From assembly GCA_965153455.1 (NCBI GenBank), contig OZ234493.1, positions 30,494,213 to 30,558,212 of the forward strand: a stretch of DNA of 64,000 nt. The letters run 5' to 3'. The position numbers were made by a program, and so were the translations under genes. Origin of the DNA: Sphagnum compactum. Taxonomy: Eukaryota. Shown one piece after another: positions 27,101 through 40,449 of this stretch; the first letter of the stretch is position 1, and every line of letters starts with the position of its first letter. The notes below the pieces were generated by a model that made no database searches, was not told where the DNA came from, and saw only the letters and a program-made list of their open reading frames with translations.

Positions 27101-30100
27101 AAGTGTGAATCATTGTCAATTCACCCTCAGGGCAATCACATCCTTTCCCAGTTTCTGACCACCATAAGTGGTGCCTGAATACAAAGGACTGAGGAGCTCC
27201 AGGATTTTCATACTTTCGATGACTCATTGACCTGGTGCTTGCCCAGTGTCTTCAGCACTGTTGGTGACATCTAGCAGTATACTTAATGGTGGTCTGACTC
27301 ACAATTTGCAAGGTGCTCCTGAGTCTTAACAAATGCATGATGCTCTCTTCTTGAAAACAAGTAAAGCATGAGTGGTCTGATCAGCAAATGCTGATTCCAC
27401 TATATGGAGCCTGAGCTGAGCTTTGATGGATCCTGTGCTGCTCTCTTTCAGCAATTCTTTTTTTGACGGATGGTTCACTGATGTTGTCTCTCCAGGATAA
27501 GGCTTCAGCAGATGATTTTCTTGGAGGGCTCATGTTTGACTTATCTGAAGTTCCACAACGGAAGCCTCCTGAGAGCCCACTGCCCCCACAGTGGTATAAG
27601 CTGGAGGCAAAAAATGGAAAGGGAAGAGTTAGAGGTACTCCCTGAGAACTCTAATGCTCATCAAGCACATCAAGCATGATTTTGCTTGATGGGCATTGTT
27701 ATGAAATAGAAGTGAACTAGTTGTACACATAGGAGGGAATTTCTGATCGAGAATCCTCAACTGTAAAGCTGCTGCTAGAAAGATCTGCTGAGGCTTGCTG
27801 AATCCTACTATGAGTTTGTTGAAGAGCCATTTGAGTCAACATTAAGGTCTTTATCTGCCTCAGGGCAACAATTTTAGGAATTTACTAAAACAGAAACCAG
27901 GGTCTGGTCAATTTGCCAGCCATACATATTTTCTCCTGTATACAATCACCAATTCTCTCCTGCTCCTTGAAGTGAACTTTTCCCATCTTTCTAAACTTTC
28001 CTTTGCTTTCTCTGGGCATTTCAGGGCAGATTTTGGTTGCAATCTGGTGGGGCACACAGGCAGATGAAGCATTTCCTGAGGCCTGGCAGTCTGACACTGG
28101 TGGCCATGCGCAGTTTCGTTCAAAGGTGTACCTGTCACCAAAGCTCTGGTACTTGCGAGTGACTATCATTGAAGCTCAAGATCTAGTCCCATTTGACAAA
28201 GGGCGGTTGCCTGAACCTGTACGTGTTCAACCTTATGCTACAATATTTTAGGGATAAAGACTAGTTTGCAACAAGATTTCATGGATTGAGAGAATTTAGT
28301 CCACCTCTATGATGTCAGGTCTTATCATGTCTTCACTAACTGAAGAGAAACATGATGACAAACTGGACACATCTTTAGAGGATTGACCATATCTTCTGGG
28401 TTTGATTGTTCACTTGTAGTTTGAGGTGCAAATGTTGCTATAGACTATGTTCAGGGAAGGCAAGCAAGTTTTCTGGATTGGGACACTGCTTTAAGTCAAT
28501 GTCTGGATGGTGGTTTTGTGTCCAGTATGTGAAGGTACATGTGCCTCCCTACCAAACCTTGAGATCACGATTTGCTACTGTGAGGAGTGCCAGCCCTTTC
28601 TGGAATGAAGACTTAATGTTTGTTGTTTCAGAGCCTTTTGACGACCTACTGCACATTCTTGTGGAAGACAGAATTGGTGGCAAAGTAAGTGTGGATAGAC
28701 AAGAATTTTGGTTTTGCATCAAGCTTGTGCATTCCGCCCTGATAATGTGCTGTGCCTCATCATTGCACGGTGTGAAATGGATTTCATCAACTTGTACTGG
28801 AATGGTTGGTTGTTCCCCCTATAATTTCAAGTCACTTAATAATATTTTGAGTTAAGATCAATTCTTTCTGCAGGAGGATATCTTGGGTCATGTGCGGATC
28901 CCTCTTGGCAGTATTGAGAGTCGTGTTGATGGCCGTCCTGTTGCTTCAAGGTGATCCTTTTACTCTTTCATACTAATACCATTCACATTTTGTTCGAGTC
29001 ACCTTTTCCCTCTGAGTGTGAGATGTGCTTTTGCATGGAAGATTGAATCACCATGTCTGTCACTTTATTCCAAGCAATTCTCCACTTCACAGTGACTATA
29101 GGAGAGAATCAAGAACATACTCAACATCATTTTTTTACCAACCAGGTGGTATATACTGGAAAAGGAGCCTGGAAAAGGTGGGGGATTTCTAGGGCGAATC
29201 CACCTGCGACTTTGCTTTGACGGAGGGTACCATGTCATGGACGAGTCTTCTAACTACCTTAGCAGCACACGTCCAAGTGCTAAGCGACTCTGGAAACCTT
29301 CGTTGGGTGTATTGGAGTTGGGCATCCATGGGGCCAATAACCTACTCCCAATGAAGAGCACCAAGGACAGTCGTGGGAGTACTGATGCTTACTGTGTTGC
29401 AAAATATGGGCCAAAGTGGATTAGAACACGCACCATTTTTGACAGCTTTAATCCTCGCTGGAATGAACAGTATACATGGGAGGTTGATGATCCTTGTACT
29501 GTTCTGACTGTTGGTGTATTTGACAATCGGTATGTCCATGGCTTAGACTTGGGGTTCCAAAATCAAGTCTCAGACACTTTCTCTCCTGCTTACCTTCTCT
29601 CAACATATTGATACTGACTATGCATGTCTATTTCTCCATGGCCAATTTTATGCTGTTGATCTAGCTCATATGCAAGCAGGCTTCCAAAAGGCATAATAGA
29701 ATGATATTCCTCAAATCACTTATAGTACCCTACAAGTAGAAATTTCTTTGTGGCCTTGCAAACTCAGGCCTTTAAGTGAAACCAAGAGCAGGCATGTCAG
29801 GAGACTTTTGGGCATAGTCTTTGATCTTGAGGAATGGAAAATCCCTATAGCAGTGTGCAGCATAACCTGACCTTATTGCAATTGATTCTGCAGCCATACA
29901 TATAATCTCCTGGCACCTGATCAAAAGCCATCTGGTGCTAAGGATCTTCCTGTTGGCAAAGTACGGATTCGTCTGTCAACACTGGAGAGTGACCGTGTTT
30001 ATACCAATGCATACCCATTGCTGGTGGTCACACCCCAGGGTGTGAAGAAAATGGGGGAGGTGGAGCTGGCTGTACGGCTATCATGTGCCTCTACATTGAA

Positions 30101-31411
30101 TCTTATGTCTGCTTACCTGCAGCCACAGTTGCCACGAATGCATTACTTCTACCCTCTTGATGCAAAGCAGTTGGAAAGCTTGCGAGTTGCTGCTATGAAC
30201 ATAGTGGCTTTGAGACTAATGAGATCTGAGCCTCCATTAAGGCAAGAGGTTGTTCAATTTATGCTTGACACAGAAGCAGAGCGGTGGAGTATGCGAAGGA
30301 GCAAAGCAAACTATTTTCGTATCATGGTGTGATTTTGTGGACTTGTGAGCTAATATTTGTATTTTTACCTGTAGAGAATGATCTTGGTGCTTTCAGACAT
30401 TTCCACTAAATTGGGTGCTAATGCTAGAAAGTTCCTTCCTAGAGGCTACAGTATAATTGACTTCAATTCATTGGATACACTAAAATGCAGAGAGGGTTTC
30501 TCCTTTTTCCTGTGGGTGCAGGGTGTGCTCAATGGTGTTATGGCTGTGATGAACTGGTTTTCAGACATTTGCAGTTGGAAAAGCCCAGTCACAACAGTGC
30601 TTGTTCATATCCTTCTGTTAATACTTGTGTGGTACCCTGAGCTCTTGCTCCCGACAGTTTTTCTTTACATGTTCCTGATTGGGGCCTGGAACTATCGCTT
30701 CCGTTCCCGAGCACCTCCCTTCATGGATGCCAAGCTTTCACAGGGTGAGCACATTGGTGATCTCGATGAACTGGAGGAAGAATTCAATGTTGTCCCAGCC
30801 AGCAGGGCTCAAGAGGTCAGTAACTCCACACTATTGCCAGACAATTTTTAAGGTGTAATCAGTTTTATATCCTTGGCCAAGCAACAGATCCTTCTCGCTA
30901 ATGAACTTCAGTTCTTTTAATCCAATCTTTGAGATTATATCCAAATCAATGTTCTGCACACCTTCCTGAAGACAACTTTTGAGAAAATGTACAGGTGCTG
31001 AGAAGAAGGTATGAAAGGCTACGGGGTGTTGCTGGTCGAATCCAGAATGCACTTGGTGAACTTGCCACAATGGGAGAGCGTCTACATGCTCTTCTCAGTT
31101 GGCGAGACCCGAGGTACAACAACTATCATTCTCCTCTCACTCTCATCTGTGTTTGATTTACATTGCAACATTGGACCAACGTCTGATTGGAAAAACTGTG
31201 TGTGCTTGTTGCTGGTATGCACAGGGCGACTGCAATATTCATAACCTTTTGTTTGATTACAGCAATTATCCTCTATGTGACACCCTTCCAAGTGGTTGCA
31301 GTGCTGTTGGGTGTGTATGTGTTGCGACATCCAAGGTTTCGTGACCCCTTGCCTGCTGTACCCACGAACTTTTTCAAAAGGTTACCCTCACAATCAGACC
31401 GCATTCTATAA
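24169..31411 (+). CDS. MCTP: Multiple C2 domain and transmembrane region protein (MCTP; FT-interacting protein/QUIRKY family), 14 exons, 1020 aa
   Basis: Manually spliced exons, all with GT-AG boundaries and consistent phases: 24169-24264, 24938-25009, 25189-25394, 26092-26653, 26867-27007, 27496-27634, 28025-28218, 28526-28684, 28874-28950, 29146-29529, 29894-30326, 30522-30815, 30995-31113, 31225-31411 (3063 nt). Diagnostic motifs: KLIVEITSARALMPKDGEGSSNAY (C2A), YDLVEQMSYLFVRVVKAR (C2B), WWGTQADEAF...RSKVYLSPKLWYLRV (C2C), DGGYHVMDES...TDAYCVAKYGPKWIRTRTI...PRWNEQYTWEV (C2D), WSMRRSKAN, hydrophobic VLVHILLLILVWYPEL, and C-terminal ERLHALLSWRDPRAT...RHPRFR...NFFKRLP. Confidence 0.96.
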
Positions 31412-33189
31412 GACAACAGTTTTGCATCACTCTTCAACAGATCTCGGTACGCCTTCAATACTCCCCACCACCACCATGTTGATTTTGTAAACTTTGTGTT
31501 CAGGGGTAGTTCACACCATGGTAGAGGATTCTGAGATTAGAAAGTGATGATAAACAATAGGTCACAAATTAACATGCCTTTGTTGGCACCTTCCATTGAT
31601 TCTTATTTATTGGCCCGGCAGGACCAGGATCCGTAACAGCATATTTGCACTAAATGGAAAATGTCTTGAATTTGGAATTCCAGTTTGTACTGCGTTTAGC
31701 TATGTGCAGTTCGGAGTAAGCTCGATTTCATTCCTGATGGTAAAAAATATAGGAATCTCCATTGTGAGCCTTTGGTGGAAATCTCATGAAGCTAGGTGGC
31801 CCTTTGCTGCTCAATAGACATGTTAGCAATTCCTATTTTTGATCCAGTGAGGGCACACTTGGGAATATCCTGTGAGCCTGTTCTTTAGTGCGGAACCAGC
31901 TTTTAGGGGCCGTCTGGATGATGTGTGTCTTCCACATTTGGACATTCACACCATAGTTATATTCCATATCTGACTACCTACTCTCAGTGAACCAACAGCC
32001 CACCAGCAGCCCATGAGGGATGATGGATGGTGGGTGGACAAGAAACTTGTTTTTGTTGTGTTCCAGTTCCTTAGCTAACCATGCTGGTTAGATGAGCATT
32101 TGCTTTTACTACCTACCTACTAACAGCCCACTGCCTTTACAGATGTATGAACTGCAAACCATCTATATGCATTTACTTACCTAGTAGTCACCTATTATCC
32201 TACCTACCTACCTACCTATGCACCTACAGGACATATCCTTCACAGGATAGGTTACTAAGGTGAAACCCAATATCAAGCCAGCATGAGAAACAGGCCTAAT
32301 AGTTAGCACCTTAAAATATCTATAATAGTCATCCCAGGTGAATAGTGAATATACAGGTGTTGTGCGGGTATCCAAGACGGCATGAAACCCCTGGCTGGTT
32401 ATCAGGGTGGTGGTTCTTTGATCTCATAACCGCTGTTCTTAGAAAATCAGAGAACCAGTTTTGATATATAGAAGAGCAGCTCCATCCATCCACCCACCCT
32501 AGTCAAAAACAGGCCAGTATGTGACATTCTGGGTGATGTTTGCACCAGTGGCATGAAATCAACCTCCCCGTCAAAATATGGGTTGCACGGTATGATCTCA
32601 ATCAATCTCCTCTGCCCATGTGTGGCTTTTAGCTACAAACTCAGAATACTTAGTGTTGTGATGTTTGTTGTTAGTAACAAAAAATCAAGTACCCTGCACA
32701 ACACTGGAATGGGCTGGAATCTCACCTCATGAGACAACAGTTTCCATGCATTATTAAATAATGCTCAAGCGGAGGTGTACCTTGTCCCTCTTCTTCTTCT
32801 TCGAGTATGCTGTTTAGATTGAACTCTCCCATGCATCCTGAATTCTTCTTAATGCTGCCCGTTGCATGGAGTTTTGAGTTTTGCTCTCATCTTTCAGAAA
32901 AATAAGTTACAGAGTATTCACGTTACAATCTCAGCCATAGTACTTTGAATAGAGTGACAGAGTGTTGGAGACTTGCTTTTGAATAATCCTTTTGAATACG
33001 ATTTTCATGTTTATGGGTGGGAATTGAGAAAACTTTGTACACCAATGTTGAATGTCATTATACATTACTAATAGGCCCAAATAGAGGATATGGGTGGTGG
33101 AGCTAGCGACTCTTACAAGTAGAGCCAACAACCACAATAGAATAGAAGAAAGTCTTCAACACCTTTTGTGATTCTCCACACTCACAATG

Positions 33190-33808
33190 CATTAGACTGG
33201 CCCATCATCGAACACTAGCCTATCACCAAACATTTTGGCAGATCTTTCTCAATTCTTCTCCTCCATTTTGAGTTATTTAAAAGGTTATAGGAGCGCCTTC
33301 TCAAGCTTTTACAAATCATCTTTGAAATGCAAAGCCAAAGGAGCAGCCAAAAAAGAATAGTAAAAAAAAAAAAAACATTTTTTCTAATTGTAAAACCCAT
33401 TTTTCTTCATTTTGACCCCTCCTACTTCATCGGTGCATAACTTTGTTATTTTTTTGGGTTCAAATTGAGTGATTTAAACTGCTCTGAAATCGCCATCTTA
33501 AGCTTTACAAATTATCTTGTAACTTTAAAGGCAACAGAGTAATATTTAAGGATTTTTTGAGGGGTTCGAAAATAGGCTATAAGTTATTTGATCGAAAATT
33601 TTCTGTAAAAATGACCCCCCTCCCCCCCCCCCAAATTCAGAGGGCCATAACTTTCTCTCCTTTAATCCATTTTTGCCGATTTTTAATGCCATAGATGCGC
33701 AAAGAGGAGGGCTCTATCTACTCTTTGGACACCATAACAATGGGGCCCTCCTGCAAAAATGGCGAGAAACCCTATCTTAAGTGTACTATGACCAGCCTCT
33801 CTATCACA
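33190..33808. mobile_element. Putative MITE (~620 bp) with imperfect TIRs
   Basis: The left end TAGACTGGCCCATCATCGAACA versus the reverse complement of the right end TAGAGAGGCTGGTCATAGTACA is 15/22 identical. An internal TGACCCC(C)TCC...CATAACTTT block occurs twice. No TSD identified. Confidence 0.4.
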
Positions 33809-34522
33809 GTTCTCAAAAATGTGAAAAAGTCAAATAACTAACCATAAAACTACCAATTCTTTCACGAAACTTGGCAGTTTTATGACTTTATGAAATAACC
33901 ATCCCCACCCAACACTTGTAAACATGGAGTTGGCCATTGAAGTCCTGGAAAGAATGGCAAAAATTGGGGCAGGATGATCATGATGTTGGGTATAACTAAG
34001 AGAAGAAACACCCAGTTGAAATATTAGAACTGGCCTATTCTATACTTACATGAACATGCTCATGCACAATAATTTTTAGACTGATGGTAGGACTCAAAAC
34101 TAAACATCTCAACCCTTTGAAGTCATGAGTACGAAACTGCAGGTCTGATTATGATCAAAGGCTTGCTTGCTTGTGCCCCTGCCGTGTTGGTTTAAGTTGT
34201 TCCTCGATCAAGAATTTAGTGATTTGGTACTCTGAATTCGGATACCCAATTTGCATTCAGACACAGAGAAGGAAGGTAACACACAGCTAATGTGGCAATT
34301 TGTGTATGATCTTGAGAAAAAGGAAAAGAAGGTTATATAAAACCATTCCTCCTGATATAAGAGCAGAGAGTTTAGGAGTGATTATTCTAGTTGCAAGGCT
34401 ATGTAAATGCTGAAGAAAATCATCTAGAAGTCAACATATGCGAAAAGCTTTAGATGTAAAAACATGTGAGCACTCACCAGAAAAAAGCGTTAGCATGAAA
34501 CAAACAGGTGGGTGTATATATA

Positions 34523-34681
34523 TATTGCAACCAAAAGTGTTTTTATTACATCAAATGATTTCATTAGATTTTGAGTGAATTCATTGATCTTAGTAAAGAG
34601 AGATTAATTGAAAAATAATGAATTCACTCATCTAATTAATGAATGGGAACTAGTGAATTACACCCACATTTTGTAATCGTA
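34523..34681. mobile_element. Diverged miniature CACTA-type element, opposite orientation
   Basis: TATTGCAACCAAAAGTGT...GATTTTGAGTGAATTCA...ACTAGTGAATTACACCCACATTTTGTAATCGTA aligns to the reverse complement of 53477-53630. The TSD is ambiguous because the element sits in TA repeats. Confidence 0.65.
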
Positions 34682-37600
34682 TATAGAGAGCTGCTGAATC
34701 ACGACAAATCTGCACTCTTCTTCCCAGTATCTGCTTATTTAAGCAGAGCTGACATTTTGTCATTCAGGCAGCGTCATTTAGTTGGAAAAATGATGAGTGG
34801 GTTGCAAACAGCTGACGCCCCACCTGGTCCCATCTCACCTGGTCTGATCCTCAAATACCTTGTCAGATTTTGCTTTTGAGTGTATATATTAAGGACAAGC
34901 TTTGTGGTGTAAGGTCCCCACCAGGTTGTACAGAGCCTTGGATCTTTTTGTAAGGTCCCAGGCAGTCTGTCATCAAAATCAGACTTGGCAGATTCGAAAA
35001 GAGGAGAAGGGTGTGTGTGTATCTATAAGCTCTGTACACCCTTCCACAATTTCAGTTCCTGACTCTTGCCCACAGCAGCAGCTCAGGCAGCTCATAAATC
35101 CATAGCTGGAGCTGCCTGGGAAGGGTCTAAAAGATTAAACCATTTTTGTCAATATTGTAGTAGTACAATGGCAACTTCGACACTAATTATATTATTTTTT
35201 CAAAAATGAGAAAATTTTCAAAAAAGAATTTCTTTTCAAAGAACATAAATAGAGAATCTTTTCAAATGCTTCGATTTTATTTTATTTTTGTGCATGGAAT
35301 CTTCAAAATAGATAAAAATAATTATAGGATCACTTGAAATGTTGAACTTTGGCCATGTTACTACCATATCAAAAGAACTATGAACAAGGGCAGTATTCGG
35401 AGAAGGGGGAATACCAGGTTTGTACAGTGTAGCTCACATGTTAGACGAGAAGTCGTCCAGTATCCCTTTGATGAGGTTATCTCATCATGCCTTGGCAGAA
35501 AGTCACAAGTTCTTCAGCTCTTCTGGGCTCTTCTAGTGCATAAAGAAGGGCCCTTCCAGTACATAAGGAAACTGGCAAAGATTTTCTTCAAAACTTGAAA
35601 TGACCTTACTAATCTTCCTCAAACCTTTGATCACCTCTAGGCAACATAAGGTAACTCTTGGTGTGAGCAGGACATTATGTCAGATAAGGGTGGTCCAAGT
35701 ATACTATGAAAATCTTTGTGCCCTTCACTTATCCATTATAAAATTGGCAAAGATTTTCCTCGAACCTTGGAGTGACCTTAGGAAACATAAGATAACTCTT
35801 GGTATGGTTTAGTGTTTTTTTTTTTTTTCTGGCAAAAAATGGCCAAATTTCTATTTTATAAAAAGTGCAGCTACTTGTACAAAGGAAAAAAGGGGGAGAA
35901 CTCATGAAAGTTCACCGGAAAACATCTGGCACTAGATGTGATGGGCTAGATTGCACTACATCAACAGTTTCGATTCGCCAATCTAAACCCTAAACCTTTA
36001 TAGGGTGTTGCCAAGTAGTGATGACAGCAGTCGTTGATCTCGCCAACAGGGAAGATCTCGAAGGTGCAAAGAGCTGGGTTGTGAGGAAGTCATCTTCTTC
36101 CTTGTCGGCTTGTTTTGCACAAGAGTTGCAACAATTTGCCAAGAGGAGCTTTCATTGGTTTTTGGTTCTTGTCAAGTCTTTCCTTTAGTGTATGCATTGT
36201 TGCCAGAGTCTTGTTTGTGCTCGCCAAAAGGGCGGGTCTTCATGTGGTGGATGAAATGTTTCTTCAATGTGCATGAAGACAATAGAGCTTCGCTTGTGTT
36301 GTTTGGAGTTGGCATTGATGTTTGTCTCGAAGCTCTTACCAATAGAGGGAGTATTTCTTCCTCCAAAGCCATTGTATTTATTTGTTGAAGTCCTTTTGTG
36401 CATTTTGTATTGAATCGTCGAAGCACTTTCGTGCTTCATTGCAATGTGTAGGATAGAGGTCCATTGTAAGCATGATGTGTGTCATTAGTTTCAAACTAGT
36501 CTGATGTGCTTGTGTTCTTCAATGAGACTTGCTTGAGATTTCTCGTGCATCACAATCCTACAAAATCCCAAGAGCATCCATGAGACTGTCGTCAAAATTT
36601 GGATCGAATCTCCATGGGAGGTGTGAGGTGAGTAGGATTTTGTGTTCCAAATTTTGTAGAATTGTTCATGTGTGTTTTTGTGATTTTCAATCGATCAGTG
36701 GTCTAGAGTGCATGTTTGCGTGTTCACCATTGTAGGGGATTATGAGCCCATGAGCTTTGAAGGGATTTGGTAGGGAATTAAGATGTGCCAAATTAACCAT
36801 GTTTGCACTTCTTTCAGTTTGGATAAATAGTTTAGCCCCCCCCTCACCCCTTTTTCATATCTTGTTAGTGTTGGTTGTTTGTCAGCTCTAGCTTTTTTTG
36901 GATGAAATCATGGTCAAAAGAACTAGGGGCACCAAGGTAAAAGTCTTTTCCAAGGACTACGCATGACCTATGTCATTTTTGTGTTGATTTATAACTTAAA
37001 ATTTTATATTTCAGATACCCCATTCAACAATACATTTTAGATATAAATACATTTTGATTACAAATTGATTTTATATCATGTATATTATGCATTCACGCCC
37101 TCTATCACATATATATGAACAAATTTTGTTAAAGTTGCATTTTCAAAATCCATAATTTTCAAGGTCAAAAGCACTTTTGAACTAAATGTGTTCAAATGGG
37201 TTATAAAAATAATTTTCATCAGTTCAAGTCTTTTTGCCCTTCTAATCATCAATGTCAAAATCCTCTTCAATTTTCAAAAAGAATGGTCCACATTTGGTAG
37301 AAAAAAGTATGTTTGAAAAAAACAAGGATTGTTCATTTTCAAGGTTTGAATGCTTTGAACATGTAAAAACATTTTTGATCTGTGTCAAGCTTTGGGCATG
37401 TAAACTTTGCAATTGATGGAAAATATTCCAAATTTTTTTATGAAAAGATTTAAATTATTATTCTTCCTTTGTGATCTTTCAAATCAAACATACAAAAATG
37501 TAGTTTTAAGGAGTGTCCACTCACTTAGCTGGCTCCTTTGATTATGATTTGATCCTTTTGGTTTGTGTTAATGCAATTTGCATAGTGCATTCTCAACTTC

Positions 37601-37781
37601 TTTCAAATCGATTCTTGAACTATTCTGTTAAGTTTTCTAGAGTATAAAGGTTTAGACTCCAAAGGTGCAATTTAGGGTTCCACAAAAAGTCCAAAACCTA
37701 GTTTAAGGTTTGACAATGCCTCCTTAATAGCCATAGTCTTATAAGTTCAAGTTTTTTTATTCTAGTAAAAACCCAGCTACC

Positions 37782-38930
37782 ATGGATGTACCTTTTCTAA
37801 TTGGTGATCAGAATGGTGCTTCTTCTTCTCATGGTCCTCTTACATCATCCCCTCCACTATTTTCTCCTAAGACTTCTGATTCGTCAAACCTAGACGATGA
37901 TGATGTTATGTTCTTTATACAGTCTATCACCCCCCTAAAGAAGGTCTACTTAATGTCCACCCTCTTGAAGAAGGTCAACATACTTTTAAGTTTAAACCAG
38001 GAGTCAAAAAACGAAACTATGACATAACCAAAAAATTCAAGACTCTTGGGTTGTTAAACATCCTTGGGCAGAACTATGTGTAAGGTCAGATGGCAGTCTA
38101 CACATTGTCAAGTGCAAAATTTGTAGTGAGGTGGAAGGGAAAGATAAGGTGTTTTCTGCTAATGAATGGGATTCTTTGGCTAAGCATGCAGGTCATAGAA
38201 AGGTTGCAAAGGATATTGAGACTGATGTGAAAAAAAGGGATTGGTATTATTCTAAGGTTTGCAGGCATGCCAAGAACTACAAGTTGTTTGCTTTCTCGTG
38301 GCTATGAATCTATTTCTTATCAAGTTGCACATGGTGTGGTTGGAGAGAATGCAAGGAAAGTGGTCCAATTTGCCACTATGGCATTTGTTGCAACAAGGAT
38401 GTCCTATGTTGGAATATGAAGCATTGAAGCTTTTAATTAAGTTCTTGCAAGTGTTGAAAAATAGCAAAAAACATTGGAGTGATAACTCTGGTTGGACAAC
38501 GGTAGAGTTCATGCATCAAGAGGTTTTGAAGGTAACCATGGTAACTCATTATGTGGCTCTCAATTGTGATGAAGTTTCTATAGTGGATAACCAATATTGG
38601 TTATTTATGCATGCTGCTATGTAATGTAGAATTGGGTAAGGATTTTGATTTTGATTTTTTTGGGACCGAGTTGTTGAGGGATCGGGAGTGATAATTTGAC
38701 CAAGGTGATTATGGAGGCTTTGATGATAGGTGGTGATGTGCCAAGAGACCAAATTGCCTAGAAGTTGATTTGCTTTGGGGCAGATGGTGTTAATGTATTT
38801 CAAGGCACCAAGAGTGGTGTTACAAAGCAAATCAAGGACAACTATGCTCCTCATTCTATTGGGGTCCATTGTATGGCCCATTGCACCAATTTGGTAGTGT
38901 AAACTTTATCAAGATTGCCTCTGGTGATTC
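37782..38930 (+). pseudogene. Degraded hAT-like (ZNF862-type) DNA transposase
   Basis: Broken frames give DSWVVKHPWAELCV...KCKICSEVEGKDK...WDSLAKHAGHRK (CxxC...H zinc-finger-like), KKHWSDNSGW, VALNCDEVSIVDNQYWL (first catalytic D), KLICFGADGVNVFQGTKSGVTKQIKDNYAPHSIGVHCMAHCTNL (second D and CxxH motif). Frameshifts and premature stops are present (TAG 38759-38761, TAA 38900-38902). Confidence 0.75.
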
Positions 38931-40449
38931 AATTATCCATTTATAAACATTATGTAATGAATTTAAGTTATATATCATAAATTTAAATTACACTTTGTTC
39001 CTACAATTATGATATATTATAAGCAAAATTGTATAATAATTTTTTAAATCAAATATAAGTTTGAGATGCAAAAATATATAATTTATTTTTACATACAATT
39101 TTTATCGTAAGTTAGGTGCTTACTAGGTGGACTTAAGTAGGCATAATAAGTGGCCTACATAGCAACCTAAATTAGTTTGTAAAAGTTTAACCTAGGTAAT
39201 GACACATGTCAACATGGTATAAGTTGAAATTAATGAAATTACCAAAATTATATAAATATAAAATAGATAATTTTAAATATTTAAATATAAATATAAATAT
39301 AAATAATGCAATGACATTGTTTAATTGTAAAAGTAGTTGCAAAATGATGATGCCATGTAAGTTGGTTTGGATGGATGAAAAATTCATGTAAGTCGCATCT
39401 TCATATGGGAATCCCATTGTGACTTAATGCCATGTATTGTCTTTTGCAATTAGAATTTTATTTAACTTATTTAATGCAACTAGGTCCTATTGTAGTTACA
39501 TGTGGTAATTATAATGAAAAATTAGTTGTTAATCTAGTCATTGATTTATAAATTCCTTGTAGTGAAAATCCACAATTGGAGTTTCAAATGTCAATAGAAC
39601 TTCACAAGTTTGTTCATGGTTCTATCCATGGTTACAACTTTGTGAAAAAAGAAGCATGATCTAGAAGAATAAATGGAAAAATACAAGCCCAAGTTTTAGA
39701 TCTTCAATCCACAATTTCAAATATAAGCACTAGAAGTGAATGTTCCTAAAGTTTTATTCTCATTCTAGATTTAAGATCTAATTGACTAGGACAATAACCA
39801 TGTGATCCTTAAAAAGACACAAGAATTATAATGTAATGCAAATTATGTATAAGGACTTAAAAAATTTAATTGCTAGACCTAACTTTTAGTGATATAAAAA
39901 AAATCTTCAAGTTGAAAGACCTTGTTAGAAAGAAATGATATTTATCGAATATTGGAATGATTTGTAATTATAGATTTAATGTCTTTGATATAAATAAAAG
40001 GTATGTGTTTTATATCAATTTGAAATACATGTGCATCATCTTCTCACCATGGTTTGACATATAGTTCATTTCAATTCAACCTATTTGGAGTTGTGATTCT
40101 TTTCCATTTTGTTTGGTTGCATTTGTTTACTGACCTTTCCTATGAAAATAACATATATTAATTGTAATCTTTCATATCTTAAATATTTTTTTTCTAGTCC
40201 ATATATGAAGGCACACAACTCACATTGACTAATTTTTTGAAATTGTCAACACTGTTTTGAAATTTCATCCACAATTTTAATCATCTTAAATGAAATTATC
40301 AAAATGTTCAACATCTAAACATCTTCAAAAGCTTCATCTTAAGGTCTTATGGGTTATTTAATGTCAAATATGAAACTAGGCTATGGTACTCTCCCTAAAA
40401 TAAATTTTCTATAGCTCCTCATGGGACTTGCATTGACTTGACTTAATTT

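Noticed and set aside
35082-35135. Helitron 3' end (hairpin plus CTRR)
   Set aside because: CTAA follows the hairpin but is not followed by T, and no 5' TC boundary could be identified.
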